From Spirochaetia bacterium (GTDB lineage: Bacteria > Spirochaetota > Spirochaetia > CADAEX01): 64,000 bases of DNA. The translations under genes and the position numbers were made by a program. Below are positions 9,357 through 18,315 of the stretch, one piece after another (the first letter of the stretch is position 1; each line of letters starts with the position of its first letter). The notes beneath the pieces are model-generated. The model searched no databases. It had not been told where the DNA came from and was given only the letters and a program-made list of their open reading frames with translations. The stretch is from assembly GCA_963668545.1 (NCBI GenBank), contig OY764868.1, forward strand, positions 848,550-912,549, in the 5' to 3' direction.

Positions 9357-10733
9357 ATGACTGATGTGAATGTTGTACGGATTATTATTGGTCTGGCTGT
9401 TGCTATCGTGGCCATACTGATAATGGTTACCCGTACAAAAATACATGTCTTTCCTGCTATGATTATCAGCAGTATAATCGCAGGTTTGATTGGCGGATTA
9501 CCGGCTGATTCTGTAATAAATGCAGTTAAACAGGGTTTCGGCGGTACAGTGGGCGGCATCGGAATTATTATCGGATTCGGTGTAATGATGGGTGCCATCT
9601 TTGAAGTAAGCGGTGCTGCAAAACGGATGGCTCTTACCTTTATAAAAATGATGGGAAAAGGCAGAGAGGAAATTGCAATGCTGATAACAGGTTTTATAGT
9701 ATCAATTCCTGTTTTCTGTGACTCTGCATTTGTAGTCCTTTCACCTCTTGCAAAATCACTCTCACGTAATACCGGAAAGAACCTTTTAACATTAAGCTGT
9801 GCTCTGGGTACTGCTCTTCTTGTAACGCATTCTCTTGTACCTCCTACACCTGGTCCAGTGGCAATAACAAACTACTTTCAGCTTGATCTCGGTATATTCA
9901 TGATTTACAGCCTTATTGCAGCTGTTCCTATTACAATTTCAGGTCTTCTTTATGCAAGATGGCTTGGAAAAAAACTGTTCAAACTTCCAGCTCCTGAAAA
10001 CCATGATGAACTGATTGACAGACCATATACAGAAGAGGAACTTTCATCAACAGTGAATATTCATGATGAAAAACTCCCGGGAACTTTCATATCCTTTGCC
10101 CCTATTTTTATTCCAATAGCCCTCATTCTTCTGAGTACTGCTACATCACTTATGGATATCAATGGTGTTGTAAAAACCTGCATAAAAACACTTGGAAATC
10201 CTATAGTTGCAGTCGGGATTGGTCTTTTAATTGCAATTTACGGTCTTGCAGGTAAAATTGAAAGGAAAAAAGTTGTATCAATACTTGATGATTCAATAAA
10301 GCATGCAGGTATAATAATTTTTGTAACAGGTGCCGGCGGGGCCCTCGGAATGGTTCTTAAAAGCAGCGGAGCAGGAAATGTGATTGCTGACTGGCTTACA
10401 ACTACCAATATTCCCGGGATCCTCCTTCCTCTCATCATGGCATACCTGTTAAGAATTATTACAGGTTCTGCCACTGTTGGTATGCTGACTGCAGGATCAA
10501 TCGCAGCTCCTATTCTTCTTACAATGCCTGAAATAAACCCGTATATGGCCGGTCTTGCATGCTGTATCGGATCTCTTGGTATAACCAACTTCCATGACAG
10601 TTATTTCTGGGTTGTCAACAGAACAACAGGGGTAACAGATGTAAAGGAAATGCTCTGGCACTGGTTCGGTGCCGTACTAACACTTTCAACAACAGGTATA
10701 ATTGTTCTCTTTGTTATGGACTTTATTGTATAG
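9357..10733 (+). CDS. GntP-family permease
   Basis: Polytopic; SIPVFCDSAFV, HSLVPPTPGP, GSATVG, FHDSYFWVV. Confidence 0.9.
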   Translation: MTDVNVVRIIIGLAVAIVAILIMVTRTKIHVFPAMIISSIIAGLIGGLPADSVINAVKQGFGGTVGGIGIIIGFGVMMGAIFEVSGAAKRMALTFIKMMGKGREEIAMLITGFIVSIPVFCDSAFVVLSPLAKSLSRNTGKNLLTLSCALGTALLVTHSLVPPTPGPVAITNYFQLDLGIFMIYSLIAAVPITISGLLYARWLGKKLFKLPAPENHDELIDRPYTEEELSSTVNIHDEKLPGTFISFAPIFIPIALILLSTATSLMDINGVVKTCIKTLGNPIVAVGIGLLIAIYGLAGKIERKKVVSILDDSIKHAGIIIFVTGAGGALGMVLKSSGAGNVIADWLTTTNIPGILLPLIMAYLLRIITGSATVGMLTAGSIAAPILLTMPEINPYMAGLACCIGSLGITNFHDSYFWVVNRTTGVTDVKEMLWHWFGAVLTLSTTGIIVLFVMDFIV

Positions 10734-10758
10734 CCTGAAATTGGAATAGAATTACAAT

Positions 10759-10796
10759 AAAACAGCATCCTGTCTATCAGACCGGGTGCTGTTTTT
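10759..10796. terminator. Bidirectional intrinsic terminator
   Basis: AAAACAGCATCC...GGGTGCTGTTTTT between convergent genes. Confidence 0.7.
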
Positions 10797-10797
10797 A

Positions 10798-11040
10798 TCA
10801 GCTGATAATTCTGAGTGCCAGATACGGAACAAGGTTGAAGAATATGATTGCTGTTTTATAGAAAAGCATGCAGTTGTAGAAAATAAGATTGAATTTTTCC
10901 TCCGGTATGTCATACCACTTTCCATGCATCCTGATTATGAACTTCTTCATAGTTGCAATAAGAATAAAACTCAGAAAAAAAATTGCAAAGTTGATCACTG
11001 TACACCAGAGGAAAAAGTCCTGAAAAAGTTTTATATCCAT
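10798..11040 (-). CDS. Small membrane protein (DUF6868-like)
   Basis: FFLWCTVIN...H.KW...YK..IIFFNLVPYLAL pattern; GGAG RBS upstream. Confidence 0.7.
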   Translation of the reverse strand: MDIKLFQDFFLWCTVINFAIFFLSFILIATMKKFIIRMHGKWYDIPEEKFNLIFYNCMLFYKTAIIFFNLVPYLALRIIS

Positions 11041-11144
11041 AAATAAACTCCATATGCAAAAGTTACTCTGAAATATATATTTTTAAGCTCCATATACAGA
11101 TTATAAATCAGTTTGCGCAAAAATACATAATTATGTACTGATGA

Positions 11145-11175
11145 TAAAATAACAGGGACTTTTATAAGTCCCCGC
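11145..11175 (-). terminator. Terminator of the cit operon
   Basis: Minus strand GCGGGGACTT-ATAA-AAGTCCCTGT followed by TATTTT. Confidence 0.6.
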
Positions 11176-11208
11176 ATTAATAAGTATCTGATTAATTACT
11201 GTTGAGTT

Positions 11209-12618
11209 TTATTCAGAAACGGAAAGAATCTCATCAATTCTGGACCCATCCCTGTAGATTACTTCTGCAACAACTCTCCCTTTTTCTTTCTCCCTGATCC
11301 TCGGGGACCCGGTTATTTCAACTGCCTTTTTCATTAGATCATCTATAGATACAACGTCAAGACCGTAGTTTTTCAGGTTTGTTTCAAGCTCCGGCTTTAA
11401 AGGATTCACTGCAATTCCCCTTTCAGTGACTATGACATCCACAGTCTTTCCAGGTGTTGTTACAGTTTTCACCCTGTCAACTACTATCGGAAGCCTTCCC
11501 CTCTGAAGAGGGGCAACAATAATGCTTAATGATGAACCTGCAGCAGCATCACAGTGTCCTCCGGATCCCCCTATAATCAGACCGTTCGAATCTGTATGCA
11601 CATTCACGTTGAAATCCCTGTCAATTTCTGTTGCCCCGAGTATTACTGCATCAAGCGAATCGACAACGCAGCTCTTTGAAGAGGGATTTGCATAGCGGGA
11701 AGCGGAAATTTCCTGATGGAAAGGGTTTGATCCTATTGATTCAACCGCATCAAGGTCGAAGCACTGTACATCCAGGATAGATTTGAAAAGCCCCTCCTTT
11801 ACGAAATCCACAAAATATTTTGTTATCCCCCCGAGGCAGAAGCTTCCTGTTATACCTTTTTTTATCATGAGGTTTCTCAAACAGGCGGCAGCAGCAAGCG
11901 ATGCACCTCCGGCCCCTGTCTGGAAGGAAAATCCCTCCCTCATTACACCTGATGCAGCTATAACACTGGCAGCATTGTCTGCTATTTTAAGTCCTACAGG
12001 GTCTCTTGTAATCTGTGTCGTACCTGACACAATTTTTGACGAATCTCCGATTTTGTCGATAACCACAACATAGTCAATATCCTTTTCATTAATCGATACC
12101 GGTATGTTGGGGTAATCAACAAGGTTGTCTGTTACAACAACTGTTTTAATTGCATTCTCAGCATCGGGAAATGCATATCCGAGCGAACCGCATTTTGAAG
12201 GCCCTCTAACGCCATTGATATTTCCCATGCAGTCTGAGGAGGGGGCTGCTATAAAGGCAATATCTATTTTGAGATCCCCGGTTTCAATTGCATTGGGTCT
12301 TCCTCCGTGGCTCCTGAATATGACAGGTTTTTCCATTCCCCCGTTACTGATGAATTCCCCGAGCGGGCCTGTCATATAGTTTGTATCTATTCCTGTAACA
12401 GTTCCGTTTTTTATATGTCTTACAAGATTGTCATGGACAGGAAAGAGTGAACTCATTGCTATATTGAGATCCCTGAATCCCTCTTCAGCTGCTTCATCTG
12501 TTACAATATTGAGAACATAATCCCCGTTTCTAAGATGATGATGAAACGAAAGAGTCATTCCGTCTTTCATTCCGCATAGTCTGAATACCTCTTTGAGTGA
12601 TTTTACTACCTTGCTCAT
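11209..12618 (-). CDS. citF: Citrate lyase alpha subunit (citrate:acetyl-ACP transferase)
   Basis: DGMTLSFHHHLRNGD, RSHGGR, CGSLGYA, FQTGAGGASLA, GGSGGHCD. Confidence 0.95.
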   Translation of the reverse strand: MSKVVKSLKEVFRLCGMKDGMTLSFHHHLRNGDYVLNIVTDEAAEEGFRDLNIAMSSLFPVHDNLVRHIKNGTVTGIDTNYMTGPLGEFISNGGMEKPVIFRSHGGRPNAIETGDLKIDIAFIAAPSSDCMGNINGVRGPSKCGSLGYAFPDAENAIKTVVVTDNLVDYPNIPVSINEKDIDYVVVIDKIGDSSKIVSGTTQITRDPVGLKIADNAASVIAASGVMREGFSFQTGAGGASLAAAACLRNLMIKKGITGSFCLGGITKYFVDFVKEGLFKSILDVQCFDLDAVESIGSNPFHQEISASRYANPSSKSCVVDSLDAVILGATEIDRDFNVNVHTDSNGLIIGGSGGHCDAAAGSSLSIIVAPLQRGRLPIVVDRVKTVTTPGKTVDVIVTERGIAVNPLKPELETNLKNYGLDVVSIDDLMKKAVEITGSPRIREKEKGRVVAEVIYRDGSRIDEILSVSE

Positions 12619-13481
12619 TTTATCCCTTTCCCCCCAGCCAGCTGAATTATTCTTCTGGCCCTGTTGACTACAGGCGCATCAATCATTTCACCGTTTAGCG
12701 AAACAGCACCCTTTCCCTGCCTTTCCCCTTCGGCAATAGCTTCAAGCACCTCTCTAGCATATTCAATTTCCTCTTCAGATGGGAGAAATGTATTATTTAC
12801 AGTGTCAATATGCCTGGGTGAGATTACCGCCTTTCCTGAAAATCCCAGATCTTTTGCAAACAGGGTATCCCTTTCAAGTGATTCAAGATCATTTGTGTCT
12901 GTGAATGGTGTATCTATCGCATCAACAGAAGCTGCTTTCGCAGCAATTACAACACGGGAACGTGAATAGAATATTTCATCCCCCTTCTTTGTCCTTCTGG
13001 CGCTGATATCAGCTGTAAGGTCTTCCGCTCCCAGGAAAAGCGCATCAATCCTTTCACCGGCAGATGCTATCTGAAAGCTGTTTTCAATTCCGAGGGCTGA
13101 TTCAAGAATAGGGATAATATTTATTTTTTTTGAAATTGAGTATTCCTCTTCAAGTCCGGACAGTTCTGAAGAGAGCATCCCGATATCTTCAGCAGATTCA
13201 GCTTTAGGCAGTACTATGCTGTCAACACGGTATTTCAGTATTTCCTTCAGGTCTTTTTTCCAGAAAGGGGAGGCAGTGCTGTTTATCCTTACACACACCT
13301 CATATCCGGAAAAATCAAACGTTGAAAGGGTGTTTCTTACAAGTATCCTGGCAGCATCCTTCTGGTTTTCAGATACTGCATCCTCAAGATCAAATATTAT
13401 ACTGTCGCTTCCGAAAACTGTAGAGTTCATAAGCATGGAAGGGCTGTTGCCCGGAATAAAAAGCATGCTCCTTCTAATCAT
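12615..13481 (-). CDS. citE: Citrate lyase beta subunit (citryl-ACP lyase)
   Basis: RRSMLFIPGN, FDLEDAV, LESALG, GAEDL, DTPF, GEMIDAPV. Confidence 0.95.
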   Translation of the reverse strand: MIRRSMLFIPGNSPSMLMNSTVFGSDSIIFDLEDAVSENQKDAARILVRNTLSTFDFSGYEVCVRINSTASPFWKKDLKEILKYRVDSIVLPKAESAEDIGMLSSELSGLEEEYSISKKINIIPILESALGIENSFQIASAGERIDALFLGAEDLTADISARRTKKGDEIFYSRSRVVIAAKAASVDAIDTPFTDTNDLESLERDTLFAKDLGFSGKAVISPRHIDTVNNTFLPSEEEIEYAREVLEAIAEGERQGKGAVSLNGEMIDAPVVNRARRIIQLAGGKGIK

Positions 13482-13749
13482 TATTCTCCCCTCCAGATCT
13501 TAACAATGCAGTTTCTACCCTGGCTTTTATTGTGCATTCAAGCGCACCCCTGTCTTTCACAGTTATCCGTCCTGATGAAACACCAAGTTCACTGCATACT
13601 TCCATTACTGATTTACGTATATCATCTCCGAACTGATGCATGACAATACTTTCCACGTACAGTTCAAGCTCTTTTCCTGAAGGCTCAGCTGTAACCATTG
13701 TATCGCTTGATTCAAGTGTTCCTGCCGATGCTCTTTTCTGAAGTACCAC
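13474..13749 (-). CDS. citD: Citrate lyase acyl carrier protein (gamma subunit), 91 aa
   Basis: GTG start at 13749 after GGAGG; AGTLESSD attachment motif, QFG, DRGALECTIKARVETA. Confidence 0.92.
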   Translation of the reverse strand: MVLQKRASAGTLESSDTMVTAEPSGKELELYVESIVMHQFGDDIRKSVMEVCSELGVSSGRITVKDRGALECTIKARVETALLRSGGENND

Positions 13750-13759
13750 CTTTATCCTC

Positions 13760-14779
13760 CTAATGACGTGAGCTGCTTTTTTTGATTTTTCTGATAATGC
13801 TTTCAGCCTCTTCTGAAACCAGAAAGCTGTATGTGACGGGGGGAAGAAACTGTTCTGCTTCCTCAATTTTCCCTTCCCTTATAAGTGATCTGACTTTTGA
13901 TGCGCTTATGATCTCTTCCCCTTCCTTCAGCCGTTTTATTTCAACTGCTTCTATTCCTGCTGCAGGGAGAAGTGTTTTAATGTATCTGTTGTATATTGAA
14001 GTAACAGGACAGTAGGGTTCCTCCCCTATGAATCTTTTTTTTATATTCAATGCTTCTGCTGTATGTGTAATAAAGATATCAAGATCAAGGGAAGCGAAAA
14101 GTTCAGTATGCTGGTTTTCCTTTGCAAAGTATGAGGGAAAAGTAGCAGATGAAATTGTGTAGCTGCCTCCCGGTATAACATCAATGTTTTCAAGGTGTTC
14201 AGTCCCTCTTTTTACAAGTTCCATTCTTTTTTCAAAAGGGAAGACTGACTTGTCCTCTTCCACAATAAGGATGAAAAGATGATCTGATTCTGCAGAAGCT
14301 TTTTCAATAAGATAAAGATGACCTTTTGTAAAAGGGTTGCAGTTCATTACAATGCATCCGTTTTCTCCTGTATATCCCGATGAAAGATTTTTCAGTTTTT
14401 CCCTGTATCTCTTTAAATAACTGCTGTCGTATTCGAGGAGAGCAGCTTTATCTTTTACTGATCCGACAACGGAAAATCCCAGACTTTCAAACTTCTCCAT
14501 TTCGGAATATTTGGTAAATATGAAAAAGTTGTCCAGACCCTTTTCAAGGCACCTGGAACTGAGGTGAGTGACAATCCTGGCTGTTATGTTTTCTCCCCTG
14601 TAGTCTCTGTGAACAGCAATCCCTTTAAGAATTCTGCCGCTTATCGAACCTGTCCCTATCAGTTCCCTGTTGTGGAAAAAGCCGGCAGTATAATCTGTAT
14701 CATCCGGGACAGAAAGTCCGGAGGAGAGGAGAAGAGCTCCGGCTTTTTCCAGTGTTATTTCTTTTTCTTTAATTACCAT
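13760..14779 (-). CDS. citC: [Citrate (pro-3S)-lyase] ligase
   Basis: GNAT-like N-domain; IVMNCNPFTKGHLYL, YTISSATFPSYF, GEEPYC, ISASKVR; ATG at 14779 just after the malic enzyme stop. Confidence 0.93.
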   Translation of the reverse strand: MVIKEKEITLEKAGALLLSSGLSVPDDTDYTAGFFHNRELIGTGSISGRILKGIAVHRDYRGENITARIVTHLSSRCLEKGLDNFFIFTKYSEMEKFESLGFSVVGSVKDKAALLEYDSSYLKRYREKLKNLSSGYTGENGCIVMNCNPFTKGHLYLIEKASAESDHLFILIVEEDKSVFPFEKRMELVKRGTEHLENIDVIPGGSYTISSATFPSYFAKENQHTELFASLDLDIFITHTAEALNIKKRFIGEEPYCPVTSIYNRYIKTLLPAAGIEAVEIKRLKEGEEIISASKVRSLIREGKIEEAEQFLPPVTYSFLVSEEAESIIRKIKKSSSRH

Positions 14780-14780
14780 T

Positions 14781-16088
14781 TTATTCTGCAAATCTGCTGA
14801 TTGAATTCCTGAGCCTTGAATCAAGATTTCTCCTGTATTCTGAAATGGAGCTGTACGGTTTAAGTGCAACACCGCTTTCAACAGCAGCTTCCGCCACAGC
14901 AGATGAGACCTCGATAAAGACCCTTGAATCAAAAGGTTTCGGGATTATGTAGTCCCTTCCATATGAAAGGTTTTCAAGGCTGTAAGCCTTTAATACAGTG
15001 TCAGGTACTTCAAGCTTTGCTACAGAAGCAAGAGCTCTGGCAGCTGCGACTTTCATCTCTTCATTAATTGATGTTGCAGAGACATCAAGTGCTCCCCTGA
15101 AGATAAACGGGAATCCCATGACATTGTTGACCTGGTTGGGGTAATCAGACCTCCCTGTTGACATGATGACATCATCTCTTGCCGCAACTGCATCAGGATA
15201 TGTTATTTCAGGATCAGGATTTGCAAGTGCAAATACTATCGGATCGCTGTTCATTGTTTTCAGCATATCCTTTGTTACAGCCCCTTTAACTGAAAGGCCG
15301 AGAAAGATATCTGCTCCGGTTAATGCATCGGATAGTGTTCTTTTATCTGTATCAGATGCGAATTCCTCCTTGAAGGTATTCATCCCCTCAGTCCTTCCCC
15401 TGTATATGACTCCTTTTGAATCACACATAACAATGTTTTCTTTCTTTATACCGAGGGATATATAGAATTGCCCGCACGCAATCCCTGCAGCACCGGCTCC
15501 GTTGATCACAACCCTGACCTCATCAATTTTCTTTCCTGCAATTTCAAGAGCGTTTAAAAGAGCTGCACCTGTAATTATTGCTGTCCCGTGCTGATCATCG
15601 TGAAAGACAGGTATATTCATTTCCTTTTTAAGCCGGGATTCAATCTCAAAACATTCAGGCGCTTTTATATCTTCAAGATTGATTCCCCCGAATGTGGGTT
15701 CCATTATTTTAACTGCATCAATCAGCCTGTCTGTGTCCTCTGTATCAAGTTCAATATCAAAGACATCAACATCTGCAAATCTCTTGAACAGGACCCCTTT
15801 CCCCTCCATGACAGGTTTCCCGGCTGCGGCACCTATGTTCCCGAGTCCGAGAACAGCTGTTCCGTTGCTTATTACCGCAACTAGATTGTTCCTGTTTGTA
15901 TATCTGGATATTTCAGACTTGTCTTTTTTAATTTCAAGGCAGGGGTAGGCAACGCCCGGTGTATATGCATAGCTGAGATCCGCCTGTGTAAGGCAGGGCT
16001 TTGACGGTATTACTTCGAGTTTTCCCGCAGTCGGGTATGAATGATATTCAAGTGAGTTTTTTTCAAGTTCCATATAGGTTTTCTCCAT
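14781..16088 (-). CDS. Malic enzyme (MaeB-like catalytic domain without the PTA domain); probable oxaloacetate-decarboxylating step
   Basis: [58 protein letters not shown]. Confidence 0.93.
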   Translation of the reverse strand: MEKTYMELEKNSLEYHSYPTAGKLEVIPSKPCLTQADLSYAYTPGVAYPCLEIKKDKSEISRYTNRNNLVAVISNGTAVLGLGNIGAAAGKPVMEGKGVLFKRFADVDVFDIELDTEDTDRLIDAVKIMEPTFGGINLEDIKAPECFEIESRLKKEMNIPVFHDDQHGTAIITGAALLNALEIAGKKIDEVRVVINGAGAAGIACGQFYISLGIKKENIVMCDSKGVIYRGRTEGMNTFKEEFASDTDKRTLSDALTGADIFLGLSVKGAVTKDMLKTMNSDPIVFALANPDPEITYPDAVAARDDVIMSTGRSDYPNQVNNVMGFPFIFRGALDVSATSINEEMKVAAARALASVAKLEVPDTVLKAYSLENLSYGRDYIIPKPFDSRVFIEVSSAVAEAAVESGVALKPYSSISEYRRNLDSRLRNSISRFAE

Positions 16089-16090
16089 AA

Positions 16091-16123
16091 AGATAAAATG
16101 CGGAACTGATAAACAGTTCCGCA
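16091..16123 (-). terminator. Intra-operon hairpin with T-tail between transporter and malic enzyme
   Basis: TGCGGAACTG-TTTAT-CAGTTCCGCA then TTTTATCT on the minus strand. Confidence 0.6.
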
Positions 16124-16130
16124 GAAGCTT

Positions 16131-17414
16131 TTACAGTATTATTTGAAGAATTGCAGTAGCAAGAAGTATCATGAAAGCTCCCCCCAGACGGGAAGAGATC
16201 TGTGCGAAAGGCATCAGTTCCATCCTCTTTGCAGCTGAAAGTACTGCAACATCTCCTGTTCCCCCCATGTTTGCCATGCAGAGACCACCTGTAATGGCTG
16301 CTTCGGCAGGGTAGAACCCGAGAAGTTTTCCGACAAAACCTGCCCCTATAATTGATCCGATGACAGTTACAAGTACAAGGATCACATACTGGATGGTAAA
16401 AGCAGATGCAAGCTGGGGGAGGTTGATATAGACAATTCCAATACCAACAAGGAGAGCACTGGTGAAGTTTGTTGATACAAACTTGTACCACTGTGCACAG
16501 CCCTGTTCATATTCATCCGGTACCAGGTTGAGTGCCTTGAAAACTCCTACAGAAATAATCATCAGTGCATAACTGTGTATGGGGATGAATTTTGAAAGTA
16601 TTGTACCGAATACATAGAAAGTGCCTGCAACAGCAATACCAATACCCATCAGTTTATAGTCAAGAGGAAGGGGTTCCCTGGTATCTTTGATAAACTCATC
16701 TTGTTTTTTCATCAGTTTCCCCTGTCCGGAAAGTGAGGGTTTGTTCTTTCCCAGTTTATCTATAAGACCTCCAAAAACAATTGCTGCAGCATTGCCGAGA
16801 GCAAGGGCAGGTACCATTATCGAGAGTATATTGCCCGGGTCTTCATTCATTGCTGAGCCGAATATTTCAGAAAGTGGTATAGCGCCGGCACCCATTCCGC
16901 CGCCCATGATAGGAAGTGCCACATAAAGAACTGCACGCTGGAATCCGAAACCGATTAAAGCGCCTACAATGCCTGTAAGCCCGAGTGCAGCTATAACACC
17001 CCCGAGTATTATGGGAAGGTATCTTACAAATGCCCTGATAAGGAATTCCCTGCTCATGCCGAGGATTGATCCGCAGATAAGTGCTGCAATATAGAAGTTG
17101 AGGAACTGCCCCCCCTTCATAAAAGTTGTAATGTTCTTGACAGTAGCCTCCGGAAAGATTCCGATATAGGCAAGTATTGCAGATCCGAAAATTACAACTA
17201 TTGCTCCGCCGCCCAGATAGTCTTTTACTATTGGTGTCCTGTTGCCGATTTCATCTAGCAGTGCTCCGAAAATCATCATTGCTCCAAGAACAATAAGTCC
17301 TCCCGGGAGTTTTCCCATATACATTGCGACAGCCAGAACTGCTGTCAGAATGAGAAAAACAGGCCATGAGATACCCATAATCTTATAGGTTTTCTCTTCT
17401 GTGTTTGTACTCAT
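16131..17414 (-). CDS. 2-hydroxycarboxylate transporter (2HCT; CitS/CimH/MaeN family)
   Basis: PIMGGGMGAGAIPLS, GLCMANMGGTGDVAVLSA, MPFAQISSRLGG. Confidence 0.93.
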   Translation of the reverse strand: MSTNTEEKTYKIMGISWPVFLILTAVLAVAMYMGKLPGGLIVLGAMMIFGALLDEIGNRTPIVKDYLGGGAIVVIFGSAILAYIGIFPEATVKNITTFMKGGQFLNFYIAALICGSILGMSREFLIRAFVRYLPIILGGVIAALGLTGIVGALIGFGFQRAVLYVALPIMGGGMGAGAIPLSEIFGSAMNEDPGNILSIMVPALALGNAAAIVFGGLIDKLGKNKPSLSGQGKLMKKQDEFIKDTREPLPLDYKLMGIGIAVAGTFYVFGTILSKFIPIHSYALMIISVGVFKALNLVPDEYEQGCAQWYKFVSTNFTSALLVGIGIVYINLPQLASAFTIQYVILVLVTVIGSIIGAGFVGKLLGFYPAEAAITGGLCMANMGGTGDVAVLSAAKRMELMPFAQISSRLGGAFMILLATAILQIIL

Positions 17415-17500
17415 AAATTCCTCCGATTATAATTCTGGTAATAAGGGTATGAGCAAATAACTTATATTGATAGGCATAGTGAAATATTTAAAATCTTTGA

Positions 17501-17554
17501 TAATTAAAATAAGAAAATTAAGTAAACTAACTATTTCAAGTAAAATAAATGAAG
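17501..17554. promoter_or_regulatory. Six tandem 9-bp A/T-rich repeats upstream of the cit transporter; candidate response-regulator sites
   Basis: TAATTAAAA TAAGAAAAT TAAGTAAAC TAACTATTT CAAGTAAAA TAAATGAAG. Confidence 0.55.
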
Positions 17555-17643
17555 ATAGGGATGTCTTTTATGATCAGTAACAATAAAGCCGGCTTTATAC
17601 AGTGCTAAATGCTGATTTTTGAGGTTTGAATGATATCAGTCAA

Positions 17644-18315
17644 TTACTGGACAAGTCTGTAAAGCGATTTCGGACGACCCCCGGTACCGTAGAATATTTC
17701 AGATCTGATCTTACCTGTTTCCTCAAGGTAGTCAAGGTAGCGTCTTACAGTTACTGTGCTTATTCCTGATTTTTCAGATATATCATCAGTATCAAACTGT
17801 TTTGCTGCTGTGAATGATTTTATTATTTCGCTTATCATTTCCAGTGTTTTTTCCTGAAGCCCTTTCGGGAGCCTTGTTCTCTCATTTCCACCTCTGGTCA
17901 GTCTGTCGAATTCCTCCTGTCCTATTGATTTTCTGCCGTCCATTATGGAAAATCGCTCTCTGTACTGTTCAAGTGTGGAAATAAGCCTGTCAAATTTGAA
18001 AGGCTTGATCAGATAGTCAACTGCCCCGTATTTCAGTGATGTTTTTATATCATTTACATCATTGGAAGCAGTTACAAAAATAACATCTGTCTCGATCTGA
18101 AGTTGTCTCATTTTCTTGATAAATGTTATCCCGTCCATTTCAGGCATATATATGTCAACAACAGCAAGGTCTATGCTGTTTTCTGCAAGGTATGAAAGAG
18201 CCTCGTTGCCGTTTTTTACAGAACCCATCACCTTGTAACTGCTTACACTCTCAATATAGCCCCTGTTTATTTCAGATACCATGGGATCATCTTCTACTAT
18301 CAGCACTTTTATCAC
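17644..18315 (-). CDS. CitB/DcuR/MalR-family response regulator
   Basis: IVEDDPMV, DIYMP, DYLIKPF; C-terminal HTH GISTVTVRRYLDYL...YGTGGRP. Confidence 0.92.
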   Translation of the reverse strand: MIKVLIVEDDPMVSEINRGYIESVSSYKVMGSVKNGNEALSYLAENSIDLAVVDIYMPEMDGITFIKKMRQLQIETDVIFVTASNDVNDIKTSLKYGAVDYLIKPFKFDRLISTLEQYRERFSIMDGRKSIGQEEFDRLTRGGNERTRLPKGLQEKTLEMISEIIKSFTAAKQFDTDDISEKSGISTVTVRRYLDYLEETGKIRSEIFYGTGGRPKSLYRLVQ

